From assembly GCA_030390025.1 (NCBI GenBank), contig CM059432.1, positions 31,312,001 through 31,376,000 on the forward strand: 64,000 bases of DNA. The letters are read 5' to 3'. The notes under the pieces are model-generated. The model was given only the letters and a program-made list of their open reading frames with translations. It had not been told where the DNA came from and made no database searches. The position numbers were made by a program, and so were the translations under genes. Positions 1-12,200 of this stretch are shown in pieces. How positions within the stretch are numbered: the first letter of the stretch is position 1; every line of letters begins with the position of its first letter. Origin of the DNA: Squalus acanthias (Eukaryota).

Positions 1-18
1 TGTAATTGCCTCAATCGT

Positions 19-138
19 ATATTTCCCTCCACCGTGGTTGACATGGCCCTCGATCGTGTGCATCCCATTTCCCACACTTCTGCTCTTCACCCCTTCCCCT
101 CCCTCCCAGAACCACGACAGAGTTCCCCTTGTCCTCAC
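19..138 (+). mobile_element. Penelope-like element fragment (linker between RT and GIY-YIG)
   Basis: Reads FPPTVVDMALDRV..ISHTSAL then, after a frameshift, TPSPPSQNHDRVPLVLTF, typical of Penelope ORFs; same family type as 61067-61524. Confidence 0.75.
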
Positions 139-1454
139 CTTCCAGCCCACCGCGATATCCCCCACCCCACCCCAGACACCGATCGCTCCCACCCCCAGGG
201 CTCGCGATTCCCCTTCTGAGCACTCGTGATCCCATCTCCGGCCACCGGTCACTTACCTGTGGGCCACCGTGGCGCTAGCAGTGGCCCTGAACTTCCAGCA
301 CTTAGTTGCGTGACCTCCTTCCGCAGCGCCTTCTCTATGTGAATGAGGACTGAGACCCAGTTACCGGGACTCCTCAGACCTCGCCATTGTTGTGGGTGGG
401 GGGGGGGGGTCCTATACTGGGTGCTCCCAAATTTCTAGCGCTACAGCTTTGAGCTCCATTTGAATCTGAAAAGACTGTTAAATCAGTTCTGCTGTTTGAA
501 ATGTTCAAACAGTTAAGCGTGCCTGCTATAAGATTCAATCGGTAACTGCAACAGGTGCTGTGGCACTGACCCAAAGACCAGTAAATTTGCAAGTGAGACC
601 GCACCTTTTTTGTGGGGGTGATACTGGCACCAACACCTTGCAGCTTCACAATAGCTTTTTTTTTAAATTAGCACAGAAAGGGATTTAGTATGAGGTTGGT
701 ACGAGAACAGTGCCCTCGACAAATATATCCCATTGCTGGAACAGAAGGACTCTGACAATCCAGGGTTTGAAGCTTTAGCTGGTACACATTCTTTATACAA
801 TATTAAAATATCAAGCTGATTTCAGGCCTGGCTTGGCATACAGTACATCTGATCTGGACTGTCATCTCTGGAAATAGTCAGCAATGAAAACGGGCTGCAT
901 TATATTCACAAAGAGATACATTCGGAATATGATTTACATTCTGTTATATCTTTATCGCTTGTTTTCCAGCTCTTGCTTTTGAAACATTTGAAACCAATTA
1001 CACAAATTTTTCTAATGATTGGCATTTTGTGGCTGCGTTGTCTACAGTCAGTCAGAGTAATGTTGGATGAAGCTCACCCAGCAGGTGACTCTTTCTCTGA
1101 CTATTTTTTTTCATTCCACCCTTTCCTCCCTCCCTTTTTCTTCCATCCCCTTCTGGAGAAGTTGACTCACATTGAGGTACGGTACCATCTGCCTGCCATA
1201 CCTCACCCATGGTGCCGTATGTGAACCAAGATAAGCCGCTTTATTCCCCCTACCTAATCAGAGGCTTTGAGGCCGATTAAAGGGCCCCTACCGTTACCAT
1301 GCTAATCATTCGAAAAATCTGCACAATTGGTTTCATTTCTCAATAGCAAAAGGTAGAAGACAAGTGAAAGAGAAATAAGTGCTAGTAAATAAGACTCAGA
1401 CTGTATCTCATTGTTAAAATAATGCTGCCTGTTTTCATTGCTGATATTTCAACA

Positions 1455-2220
1455 ATAACAACAACAGCTTGTATTTATATCGCGCCTTTAACCTAGTAAA
1501 ACATCCCAAGGAGCATCACAGGAGCGATTATCAAACAGAATTTGACACCGAGCCACATAAGGATATACTGTATAAGGGCAGATGTCCAAAAGCTTAGTCA
1601 AAGAGGTAGGTTTTAAGGAGCGTCTTAAAGGAAGAAAGAGAAGTAAAGAGGCGGAGTGGTTTATGGGGGGAATTCCAGAGCTTAGGTCCTTGGCAGCTGA
1701 AAGCCCGGCCATCAATGGTGGAGCAATTAAAATCAGGGATGCTCAAGAGGCCAGAATTAGAGGAGCGCAGATATCTGGGAGGGTTGTGGAGTTGAAGGAG
1801 ATTACAGAGATAGGGAGGGACGAGGCCATGGAGGGATTTGAAAACAAGGATGAGAAGTTTGAAATTGAGGCGTTGTTTAACCGGGAGCCAATGTAGGTCA
1901 GCGAGCACAGGGGTGATAGGTGAACGGGACTTGGTGCGAGTTAGGACACGGGCAGCAGAGTTTTGGACGACCTCAAGTTTACATAGGGTAGAACGTGGGA
2001 GGCAAACCAGGAGTGTGTTAGAATAATCAATTCTAGAGGTAACAAAGGCATAGATGAGGGTTTCAGCAGCGGATGAGCTGAGGCAGGGGTGGAGACGGGC
2101 GATATTCTGGAGCTGGACACAAACGGTCGCAGTGATGGTGCAAATTTGTAGTCAGCGCAATTTTGTAGTCAGAAACTCATCTCGGGGTCAAATATGACAC
2201 TAAGGTTGCAAACAGTCTGA
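1455..2220 (-). mobile_element. L2-clade LINE 3' fragment
   Basis: ORF 1594-1908: LADLHWLPVKQRLNFK..LRS..GRAFS..GPKLWNS..FKTLLKTYLF, the L2 ORF2 C-terminus; (GTT)n-like tail near 1455. Confidence 0.85.
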
Positions 2221-2221
2221 A

Positions 2222-2290
2222 ATAGAAACAGAAAATGCTGGAAATACTCAGCAGGTTAGGCAGCATCTGTGGAGAGAGAAACAGAATTAA
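2222..2290 (-). mobile_element. Penelope-type terminal repeat fragment
   Basis: aaacagaaaatgctggaaatactcagcagg..gcagcatctgtggagagagaaacag, repeated at 13612-13670 and, degraded, near 44240-44310. Confidence 0.6.
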
Positions 2291-2291
2291 C

Positions 2292-3660
2292 GGGCTGGAT
2301 TTTGCAGAGGGTCAGCGGGCGCGATCAGTGGCTGGTCGGGTGGGAAAGTGTTTCTTTTCCCCAGCGGGTCGGGACCCCGCTGTCAGCCCACCGTCATGCG
2401 CCTTTACCAAATGTCAGGTCTATCAGCGCTGAGCAGACCCGACACGCAGCGGCAGGGGAGGCAATTAAAATCATTAGTGGCTTGTTTACAGCCACTTAAC
2501 CAATGGTTTTTTCCCAGCTTTTTGAATTTGGCAGATCACCCACTGGTTTCCCACTGTGCCTAGACATCGTCTGTGGAGCTGAGGTGGGAGGTCAGTGGCC
2601 ATTGAATCAGCTGATGAGTTGACAGCTACAAATGTCAAGTCAAAGCTCCCAGCTGATTGAGATATGTTCCCTCAACCACTAGCTTCTCTAAACTGTATTT
2701 CCACTACAGATTCAGAATGCTGCAAGTTTTTACTCACGTCTCCAGCCAGTCTGACCTCATTGCCTCTCCCACCATTGACAGATCGCTTCTGTCATCTCTA
2801 CTTCACCTGCCATCTATTCCATCAGCATCGGAGCCCTTGAAACTCTCTCACCTTGGTCCTCAGAATCTGACCAGGATCAGCCCCAACACCAGCAGCACCA
2901 GGCACACCAGCAGCACCAACAACAACACCAACCTTCTCCGCAATCAACTGATGCTGTACAGGACACAGCGCATCAGCACCCGATCACATTGCTGCCCGGG
3001 AAGCCAGGGATGGCCTCACCATGGCCAGATTTACTTCACTTGACGCGGTACACCCTGGCTGCCACATGACACGCCAGGTTGGCACCACCCCACACCAACA
3101 CCATAAAGCATCGCTACAACGACCAAGCCATTCCTTTCACGCCAGCATCATTGTGGGGGGGTACCATTATGTCTCACCATTCACTGCAACTCACTAAACC
3201 ACTTCCAAAGGTGCACACAAATCTGTCCAAGAACGCAAAGTGTTGAAAATAAAGGTTTCAATGTTTGACACCACATTAACAGAAACTTTACATCAACATT
3301 GCATAAAACACCCAAGTGCCGACCCCTTGTGTGTTGTTCGTTGGTATGATTGGACTCGGATGAGGGTGAGTGTGAGGAGTGGCTAGTAAGATGGGGAAGT
3401 GATAATGTAGATAGAGAGGGATGGGTGGAGGTGCAAGGTAAGTTGGTGTGAGTAAGGATATGCAGGAGTAGGGTAGGGAAGGCAGAGTGATGGGGATGTG
3501 ATATGAGGCACAGCAGGATGAGGTTGAGTGTGGCTTTGTACTAATGTTTCCTGATCTACTGAGATCATTGAAATGTTTGCGACACTGCACCCAGGTCCTC
3601 CTGACTACATCCCTGCTTCTGCCCTCCTGTGCAATGTGCAACCAGGCTGTGTTGATCTCC
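2292..3660. mobile_element. PIF/Harbinger-derived element with Myb/SANT-like remnant, truncated
   Basis: Starts with the GGGCTGGATTTT TIR. Minus-strand W.HIAQE..RTWVQCRKHFNDL matches the Harbinger Myb-like protein. Homologous to 29195-33676. Confidence 0.75.
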
Positions 3661-4158
3661 TAGATTACGCCATCGTATTCCCTTTGAAAGGCCCCGCAAG
3701 TTCTGGATTTCCGCATGCGCTTGCGCGAAATAGGGAACATGCGATCTGTCAAGCTATGTATTGACAGATCATCCGAACCGCCTGAAAACTGAGTAACGCT
3801 GGTGCAGAGTTGGGCTATTTGCCCAACAACTGCCCAGCAACTGGCCACACAACTCTTACAGCTGGTAAAAGCAGGTGTAGGGCCTGCTTGCATCAGCATA
3901 AGGCTTAAATAAAACATTTAAAAATCCAATATTATGCACATGAACTTTAAATGAGTTTATGCAAATATTGGCCCGGATTAAGATGTTTAAAATTATTTAT
4001 CAAAAAATTAAATTTTTATTGAGATTGGTACAATGAAGGAACTTATGAATAATTTCCAATTCAGTACATTGTACCATTATTTGGGGATTCCATTGCATAT
4101 CATTAGGGGATTCCCTTCATAAATGATTGCAATGAAATTCTCCTTTGTCATTGGAGGA

Positions 4159-7100
4159 CATAGAAACATAGAAACATAGAAAAAAGGTACAGGAGTAGAC
4201 CATTCGGTCCTTCGAGCCTGCACCGCCATTCAATGCGTTCATGGCTGAACATGCTACCTCAGTACCCCATTCCTGCTTTCTCGCCATACCCCTTGATCCC
4301 CCTAGTTGTGAGTGTTATATCTAACTCCCTTTTGAATATATTTAGCGAACTGGCCTCAACAACCTTCTGTGGAAGAGAATTCCATAGATTCACCACTCTC
4401 TGGGTGAAGAAGTTCCTCCTCAGCTCAGTCTTAAATGGCTTCTCCTTAATCCTTAGACTGTGACCCCTGGTTCTAGTTTTTCCTAACATTGGGAACATTC
4501 TGCCCGCATCTAATTTGTCTAAACCAGTCAGGATTTTAAATGTCTCTATAAGATCCCCCCTCATTCTTCTGAACTCCAGAGGATACAAGTTCAGTTGACC
4601 CAATCTTTCTTGATATGTCAGTCCGGCCATCCCAGGAATCAATCTAGTGAACCTTCGCTGCACTCCCTCAATAGCAAGAATGTCCTTCCTTAAGTTAGGA
4701 GACCAAAACTGCGCACAATACTCCAGGTGTGGCCTCACCAAGGCCCTGTACAACTGCAGCATCACCTCCCTACTCCTGTACTCAAATCCCCTTACTATGA
4801 AGGCCATCATTCCGTTTGCTTTCTTGACTGCCTGCTGCACTTGCATTCCCACCTTCAGTGACTGATGTACCATGACGCCTAGGTCTCGTTGCACCTCCCC
4901 TTTCCCTAATCTGCCACCATTCAGGTAATAGTCCGCCTCTCTATTTTTACCACCAAAGTGGATAACCTCACATTTATCCACATTGTACTTCATCTGCCAT
5001 ACATTTGCCCATTCACCCAACCTGTCCAAGTCACTCTGTAGCCTCCTAGCATCCTCCTCATTGTTCACACTGCCTCCCAATTTAGTGTCATCCGCAAATT
5101 TGGAGATATTACATTTAATCCCTTCGTCCAAATCATTAATATATAATGTAAACAGCTGGGGTCCCAGCACCGAACCCTGCGGTACCCCGCTGGTCACTGC
5201 CTGCCATTCTGAAAAGTACCCATTTACTCCTACTCTTTGTTTCCTGTGTGCCAACCAGTTCTGAATCCACGTCAACACATTACCCCCAATCCCATGTGCT
5301 TTAACTTTGCTCACCAATCTCTTGTGTGGGACCTTGTCGAAGGCCTTCTGAAAGTCCAAATACACCACATCTACTGGTTCCCCCCTGTCCACCCTATTGG
5401 AAACATCCTCAAAAAATTCCAGAAGATTTGCCAAGCATGATTTCCCTTTCATAAATCCATGCTGACTTGGACCTATCATGTCGCCACTTTCCAAATGGTC
5501 TGTTATGACATCTTTAATAATTGCTTCCATCATTTTACCCACGACCGATGTCAGGCTGACCGGTCTATAATTCCCTGCTTTCTCCCTCCCTCCTTTTTTA
5601 AAAAGAGGGGTTACATTGGCCACCCTCCACTCCATCGGAACTGATCCAGAGTCTAAGGAATGTTGGAAAATGATCGTCAATGCATCCACTATTTCCAAGG
5701 CCACCTCCTTAAGTACTCTGGGATGCAAACCATCAGGCCCCAGGGATTTTTCAGCCTTCAGTCCCATCAATTTCCCCAATACCTTTTCCCGACTAATAAG
5801 GATTTCCCTCAGCTCCTCCCTTTTACCAGATCCTCTGACCCCTTTTATTTCCGGCAGGTTGTGTGTGTCCTCCACAGTAAACACCGAACCAAAGTACTTG
5901 TTCAATTGAATTGCCATTTCCTTGTTCCCCATTATGACTTCCCCTGTTTCCGACTGCAGGGGACCTATGTTTGTCTTTACTAACCTCTTTCTTTTTACAT
6001 ATTTATAGAAGCTTTTGCAGTCCATTTTAATGTTCTCTGCAAGCTTCCTTTCATATTTTATTTTCCCTGCCCTAATCAAACCCTTCGTCCTCCTCTGCTG
6101 AGTTTTAAAGTTCTCCCAGTCCCCGGGTTTGCTGCTACTTCTGGCCAATTTGTATGCAACTTCCTTGGTTTTAATACTTTCCCTGATTTCCCTTGTTAGC
6201 CATGGTTGAGCCACCTTCCCTTTTTTATTTTTACGCCAGACCGGGATGTACAATTGTTGTAGTTCATCCATGCGATCTCTAAATGTCTGCCATTGCCCTT
6301 CCACTGATAGCCCCTTAAATATCGCTTGCCAATTTAACCTCGCCAATTCACGCCTCATACCCTCAAAGTTGCCCTTATTTAAGTTCTGGACCATGGTCTC
6401 TGAATTAACTGTTTCCTTCTCCATCCTAATGTAGAACTCCACCATACTATGGTCACTCTTCCCCAGGGAGCCTCGTACCACAAGATTGCTGATTAGTCCT
6501 TCCTCATTACACAACACCCACTCCAGATTGGCCTCCCCTCGAGTTGGTTCCTCAACATATTGGTTTAGGAAACCGTCCCTTAAACACTCCAGGAAATCCT
6601 CCTCCACCGTATTGCTTCCAGTTTGAGTAGCCCAATCTATATGCATATTAAAGTCACCCATGATAACTGCTGCGCCTTTTTTGCACGCACCTCTGATTTC
6701 CTGTTTCATACCCTCCCCCACCTCACTACTGCTGTTTGGAGGTCTGTACACAACTCCCACTGACATTTTCTGCCCTTTGGTGTTCTGCAGCTCAACCCAT
6801 ATTGATTCCACATCCTCCAAGCTGATGTCCTTCCTAGCTATTGCATTAATCTCCTCTTTAACCAGCAATGCTACCCCACCCCCTTTTCCTTTTATTCTAT
6901 CCTTTCTGAATGTTGAATACCCCTGGATGTTCAGTTCCCAGCCTTGATTGTTCTGGAGCCACGTCTCTGTAATCCCAATCACATCGTATCTGTTAACATC
7001 AATTTGCACAGTCAATTCATCCACCTTATTACGGATACTCCTTGCATTAAGACACAGAGCCTTTAGGCTTGTTTTATTAACACCCTTTGTCCTTTTAGAC

Positions 7101-7401
7101 TTATGATTTAGTATGGCCCTTTGTGTTTCTTGCTTTTGTTTACTCGGCCTTCCCCTGTTGTTTCTCACCCTTCTAACATTTGTTTCTGCCTGCATATTAC
7201 TTCCCCCTGTTTCGCTACATAGGTTCCCCTTCCCCTGCCATATTAGTTTAAATCCTCCCGAACTGCTTTAGCAAATATTACCCCGAGGACATCAGTTCCA
7301 GTCCTGCCCAAGTGCAGACCGTCCCTTTTGTAAAGGTCCCACTTCCCCCAGAACTGGTTCCAATGCCTCAGGAATTTGAATCCCTCCCTCCTGCACCACT
7401 G
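4159..7401 (-). mobile_element. Young CR1 LINE, 5'-truncated within ORF1
   Basis: (TTTCTATG)n 3' tail at 4159-4182, full ORF2, and ORF1 esterase C-terminus (..RDGLHLGRTG..) at 7243-7401. Confidence 0.97.
4259..7195 (-). CDS. CR1 ORF2: APE endonuclease plus reverse transcriptase, 978 aa, no stops
   Basis: Endonuclease motifs NARS, ITETW, YRPP, GDFN, SDH; RT motifs NYRPVSLTS, QHGF, LDFQKAFD, GVPQGSVLGP, FADD. Confidence 0.95.
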   Translation of the reverse strand: MQAETNVRRVRNNRGRPSKQKQETQRAILNHKSKRTKGVNKTSLKALCLNARSIRNKVDELTVQIDVNRYDVIGITETWLQNNQGWELNIQGYSTFRKDRIKGKGGGVALLVKEEINAIARKDISLEDVESIWVELQNTKGQKMSVGVVYRPPNSSSEVGEGMKQEIRGACKKGAAVIMGDFNMHIDWATQTGSNTVEEDFLECLRDGFLNQYVEEPTRGEANLEWVLCNEEGLISNLVVRGSLGKSDHSMVEFYIRMEKETVNSETMVQNLNKGNFEGMRRELARLNWQAIFKGLSVEGQWQTFRDRMDELQQLYIPVWRKNKKGKVAQPWLTREIRESIKTKEVAYKLARSSSKPGDWENFKTQQRRTKGLIRAGKIKYERKLAENIKMDCKSFYKYVKRKRLVKTNIGPLQSETGEVIMGNKEMAIQLNKYFGSVFTVEDTHNLPEIKGVRGSGKREELREILISREKVLGKLMGLKAEKSLGPDGLHPRVLKEVALEIVDALTIIFQHSLDSGSVPMEWRVANVTPLFKKGGREKAGNYRPVSLTSVVGKMMEAIIKDVITDHLESGDMIGPSQHGFMKGKSCLANLLEFFEDVSNRVDRGEPVDVVYLDFQKAFDKVPHKRLVSKVKAHGIGGNVLTWIQNWLAHRKQRVGVNGYFSEWQAVTSGVPQGSVLGPQLFTLYINDLDEGIKCNISKFADDTKLGGSVNNEEDARRLQSDLDRLGEWANVWQMKYNVDKCEVIHFGGKNREADYYLNGGRLGKGEVQRDLGVMVHQSLKVGMQVQQAVKKANGMMAFIVRGFEYRSREVMLQLYRALVRPHLEYCAQFWSPNLRKDILAIEGVQRRFTRLIPGMAGLTYQERLGQLNLYPLEFRRMRGDLIETFKILTGLDKLDAGRMFPMLGKTRTRGHSLRIKEKPFKTELRRNFFTQRVVNLWNSLPQKVVEASSLNIFKRELDITLTTRGIKGYGEKAGMGY

Positions 7402-8679
7402 GGCCCATGTGATCCCAGGGACGCTTCCGAACTGCCTGTGTCCCTGGGATCTGTGGGCCTTTACGCTGCCGTCCACCTGGAGGCCTAAGACGACAACTCT
7501 TCGCAACCTGGGCTCCAGGAGGAAGTTCTCGGAATTGTTTCGCGGGTCGGATGCATAATTCGGAGGTACGATTCTGACCGCAATTTCTAGGCTATTATGA
7601 TTTTCTAAGTGCTCTGTTACCACTTCCTTATCAATGGAATCAAAATGATACTGAGCCACCTTAAGGTAGTTGATCTGAGCTGTAGTAACTTTTGTGGTGT
7701 TAAAGTTAGTCTCAGTGCTCTTGTCCACTTTGGAGAGAGGAAGTAAGTGGGGTCCCAGTTAGCTCCATAAAGACATATGTGGTACTGAAAGATTGGAACT
7801 AAGTCAGTCTTTCGTGGCAGGCCCAAATAAAGAGAGCTAGGGAGGTGAAAAATCAGCCAAAGTTCTCTCTCCTGACTGCTATACAGTAACAACCGCTGGC
7901 CAGTGCTTATGTGTTGGGTGAAGACTGGGCTACGCAGTGTTCCATCCACGATCTGTTGTTCTTACGTTATCAATAGTTGGAAATTGAAGCAAGAAATACA
8001 AAAAATATGCAGAGGTATTCCATATAACAAAATCTGTTAGCATTCTACAAAAATGATGCAGTAGTTATTTAATATACAGATAATTTGTTTTATAGTTACA
8101 CCTACGCTGGTGCATGACTCACACATAACAAACAGCCTTTATGGAAAAGTAGTATTGGGTGGCCACTGGCCAGTGCCCATGATAACACATGCCAAAATCA
8201 AAGAACTGATTATTTTAGTTACTTGATCAGGTAATTCAGGATGGAGAATATACTCTGGCACAGATGCACCTAGCGCCTGTGGAGTAGAGGCCTTGGCTCA
8301 GAGCCACTCGTCTGCTACTTCCAGATGCTGCATGCGCCTGCCTTCTGCTGAGCTGACCTCGCCCCCATCACAAGATTGGTTCAGCCTAATGTTTGTGGTG
8401 GTCCTAACAATGCAAGACGTGCTGGGAGTATCACAGGGGTCAGATGATGGGATCTCAGGCACCAGCAGCTGCTGAAGGGTTGGGGCTGCCCTTTACATTC
8501 TGCTATTTCTTTGAAAATAAATAAGGCTTGAGACATAGCAGCCCCTCAGAAAGACCGGTCTTTGGAGGCTAAGACCGAGAGCTCAGGATCGAAAGAGAGG
8601 GCAACACAGGAGGAAACATCTACTGTTATCCGACAATCAATTATATAAAATCCCTAGTGGCCTCACCTCAATGTCTACA

Positions 8680-8820
8680 TGGCTCAGTTGACTGCATTCT
8701 GATTATCAGAAAGTTATGGGTTCGAGCCACACTCCAGGACTTGAGCATGTTAAACAGGAGCCCCGTCATTCTCTTCAAGTGGATGTTAAAGATCCCCTGG
8801 ACCTATATGAAAAGTAGGGT
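8680..8820 (+). mobile_element. Degraded tRNA-derived Deu-domain SINE
   Basis: A box tggctcagttg, B box ggttcgagcc, and gtggatgttaaagatccc core shared with the other copies. Confidence 0.6.
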
Positions 8821-8869
8821 TTTTTAAATTCATTCACAGGATGCGGGTGTCGCTGGCTAGGCCAGCATT

Positions 8870-11800
8870 TATAGGCCCCCAAACAGTAGTTGTAATGCAG
8901 GGCAGAGTATAAATCAGGAAATTAGAGGCGCATGTAACAAGGGTAATACAGTAATCATGGGGGACTTTAATCTACATATAGACTTGGCAAACCATATTTG
9001 CAGTAATAGTGTGGAGGACAAATTCATGGAATGTATGCAAGATAGTTTTCTAGATCAGTATGTTGAGGAACCATTAAGGGAACAGGTTATTTTAGATCCA
9101 GTAATGTGCAACAAGAAAGGGCTAATTAATAACCTTGTAGTAAAGTGGCCTTCAGGGAAGAGTGACCATAATATGATAGAATTTTAGATTGCGTTTGAAA
9201 GTGATTTAGTTAAATCTGAAACTACAGTCTTAAATGTAAACAAAGCAAACTACGTATGTATGAGGGGCGAGTTGGCTAAGGTAGATTGGGAAACTACATT
9301 AAAAGGTATGATGATAGAGAAGCAATGGCTAGCATTTAAAGAATTAATACATAATTTACAACAAATATATATTCCTTTAAGGCAAAGAAAACCCACAGGA
9401 AAAGTGGTCCAACTGTGGCTACCAAGAGAAGTTAAAGATAGTATTAGATCAAAGGAAGAGGCTTCTAATGCTGCCAAAAAGAATAGTAAGCCTGAGGATC
9501 AGGAGGATTTTAGAATTCAGCAAAGTGGACCAAGAAATTGATAAAGAAAGGGAAAATCGAATGAGAGTAAACTAGTGAGAGACATAAAAACAGACTGTAA
9601 AGCTTCTATAAGTATGTAAAAAGGAAAAGATTAGCGAAAGTAAATGTAGGTCCCTTACAGGCTGAGACAGGAGAAATTATAATGGAGAATAAGTAAATTG
9701 CTGAGAAATTAAACAAATACTTCAAAGGGCTGGATTTTCTCAGCCCCGAGGAGGTGGGCAATGAGGTGGGACTGCCGGTAAAGTAGCAGAAAGTGGGGGC
9801 GGATGGCAAACCCACCCCCATCCCACCTCCGTGCCCTTTTGCCAGGAGGCAGGAAGATGTGCTGCTTCGGGTCCCGTCTCCTGGAGGTGGGAAAGGCATT
9901 AAATCCTTTTAACTGCCTGTTAACAGATAGTTAACAGGCAGGAAAAAGGATTAGTGCCATTTTGCCTTCTCAGGTGAAGGCTTCCCGACCTCGGAGAACC
10001 CCGTCGGGTTGGAGGAGACGTGAAGGAGGTCTGCCGGGGTCGGAGGCACCTGGAAGTAAGATGTAGAGGTGAGTGATGGGTGCAAGTGTGGAGTGGTAAG
10101 TATGTAAAGTGAGTGATAAGTGTTTAAAAATGTTCACTTACCTTGTTTTCTTCCTACAGCCTTCATCCACCCTGGATCAGGAGACCCGACATCTTCCTTG
10201 TCGATTTCACAGTCTGAAATCGACAAAGTTGAAAGGTTTGATGAGTCCTGAACACAAGGACTCATCAAACTACAGAGAATGTCAGTGTTTGACAGCTTCA
10301 CAGAGCTGTCAAACGCTGACATTTCTTCTTTCAAGAAGTCTTGACAGATAGCACGTCAGACGGGCTTAACAAGGTCAATCAGTGGAAAATCCCTCTGGTT
10401 GGTGAGACGATGATGGAGGCGGGACATTGACATGACAAGCAGCAGTCCCGCCTCCAACTCGTCTCCATTGAGAAAATCCAGCCCTTTGTGTCTGTCTTCT
10501 CGGAAGAAGACGCAAAAAACTTCCCGGAAATAGTGGAGAACCAAAGGTCTAGCGAGAATGAGGAACTGAAAGAAATTAGTATTAGTTAAAAAATAGTACA
10601 GGAGAAATTAATGGGACTGAAAGCCAATAAATCCCCTGGACCTGATGGCCTACATCCTAGGGTTTTGAAAGAGGTGGCTATAGAGATCGTGGATTCATTG
10701 GTTGTCATTTTCCAAAATTCCATAGATTCTAAACGGTTCCCACGGATTGGAAGGTAGCAAATGTAATCCTACTATTTAAGAAAGAAGGGAGAGAGAAAAC
10801 GGAGAACTACAGACCAGTTAGCCTGACATCAGTAGTAGGGAAAATTCTAGAATCTATTATGAAGGACATGGTAACAGGGCACTTAGAAAATAATAATAGG
10901 ATTGGGCAGAGTCAGCACGGATTTATGAAAGGGAAATCATGTTTGGACAAATCTGTTAGAGTTTTTTGAGGTTGTAACCAGCAGAATAGATAAGGGGGAA
11001 CCAGTGGATGTGGTGTATTTGATTTTCAGAAGGCATTTGATAAGGTGCCACACAAGAGGTTATTAAACAAAAGTAGGGCTCATGGGATTGGGGGTAATAT
11101 ACTAGCATGGATTGAGGATTGGTTAACGGACAGAAAACAGAGAGTAAGCGGGTCATTTTTGGGTTGGCAGGCTGTAACTAGTGGGGTGCCGCAAGGATCA
11201 GTGCTCGGGCCTCAGCTATTCACAATCTATATCAATAATTTGGATGAGGGGACCAAATGTAATATATTCAAGTTTGCTGATGATACAAAGCTGGGTGGGA
11301 ATGTAAGTTGTGAGGAGGATGCAAAGAGGCTTCAAGGGGATATAGACAAGCTAAGTGAGTAGGCAAGAACATGGCAAATGGAATATAATGTGGAGAAATA
11401 TGAAGTTATCCACTTTGGTAGGAAAAATAGAAAAGCAGAGTATTTTTTAAATGGTGAGAGATTGGGAAATGTTGGTGTTCAGAGGGACCTGGGTGTTCTT
11501 GTACACAAATCACTGAAAGTTAACATGCAGGTACAGCAAGCAATTAGGAAAGCAAATGGTATGTTGTACTTTATTACAAGAGGATTTGAGTATAAGAGTA
11601 AAGACGTCTTACTGCAATTATATAGGGCCCTGTTGAGACCACACCTGGAGTATTGTGTACAGTTTTGGTCTCCTTACCTAAGGAAGGATATACTTGCCAT
11701 AGCGGAAGTGCAACGAAGGTTCACCAGACTGGTTCCTGGAATGGGGGGATTGTCCTATTAGCTGAGATTGAGTAGACTAGGCCTATATTCTCAGGAGTTT

Positions 11801-12200
11801 AGAAAAATGAGAGGTGATCTCATTGAAACATACAACATTCTTACAACTTGACAGGGTAGATGCAGGGAGGATGTTTCCCCTGGCTGGGGAGTCTAGAACC
11901 AGGGCTCACAGTCTCAGAATAAGGGGTCGGCCATTTAGGACTGAGATGAGGAGAAATTTCTTCACTCAGAGGGTGGTGAATCTCTGGAATTCTCTACCCC
12001 AGAGGGCTGTGGAGGCTCAGTCGTTGAGTATGTTCAAGACAGAGATCGATAAATTTTTGGATATTAAGGGAATCAAGGGACATGGGAATAGTGCAGGAAA
12101 GTGGAGTTGAGGTACAAGATCAGCCATAATCTTACTGAATGGCAGAGCAGGCTCAAGGGGTCAGATTGCCTACTTCTGCTCCTATTTCTTATGTTCTTAT
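8870..12200 (+). mobile_element. Degenerate CR1 ORF2 and 3' tail, interrupted by a MITE
   Basis: YRPP, GDFN, SDH, GVPQGS, FADD pieces in several frames; ttcttatgttcttat tail. Confidence 0.95.
9727..10484. mobile_element. Harbinger-type MITE, family A
   Basis: TIR GGGCTGGATTTTCTCA / TGAGAAAATCCAGCCC; splits the CR1 coding sequence. Confidence 0.85.

Larger units (their letters stand above)
3661..7592. mobile_element. Probable non-autonomous DNA transposon (3661-4158 and 7402-7592) split by the young CR1
   Basis: Internal palindromes gatctgtcaa..ttgacagatc and gatcccagggac..gtccctgggatc; Harbinger-like terminus GCCTAGAAATTGC on the minus strand at about 7592. Joining the two parts is inferred. 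Confidence 0.4.

Noticed and set aside
4647..6947. Plus-strand ORFs antisense to CR1 ORF2
   Set aside because: Recurrent antisense shadows seen in every CR1 copy.
7402..7460. Strong hairpin at the CR1 5' junction as a ribozyme or captured RNA
   Set aside because: No HDV or hammerhead core; it fits an internal palindrome of the flanking DNA transposon.
7243..7728. 161-aa ORF as a novel CR1 ORF1
   Set aside because: It is a chance read-through of an old CR1 ORF2 scrap (EVVTEHLENHN), a MITE end and the true ORF1 tail.
691..8226. In-frame TGA codons read as selenocysteine
   Set aside because: The same chain also contains TAG stops and no SECIS element was identified.
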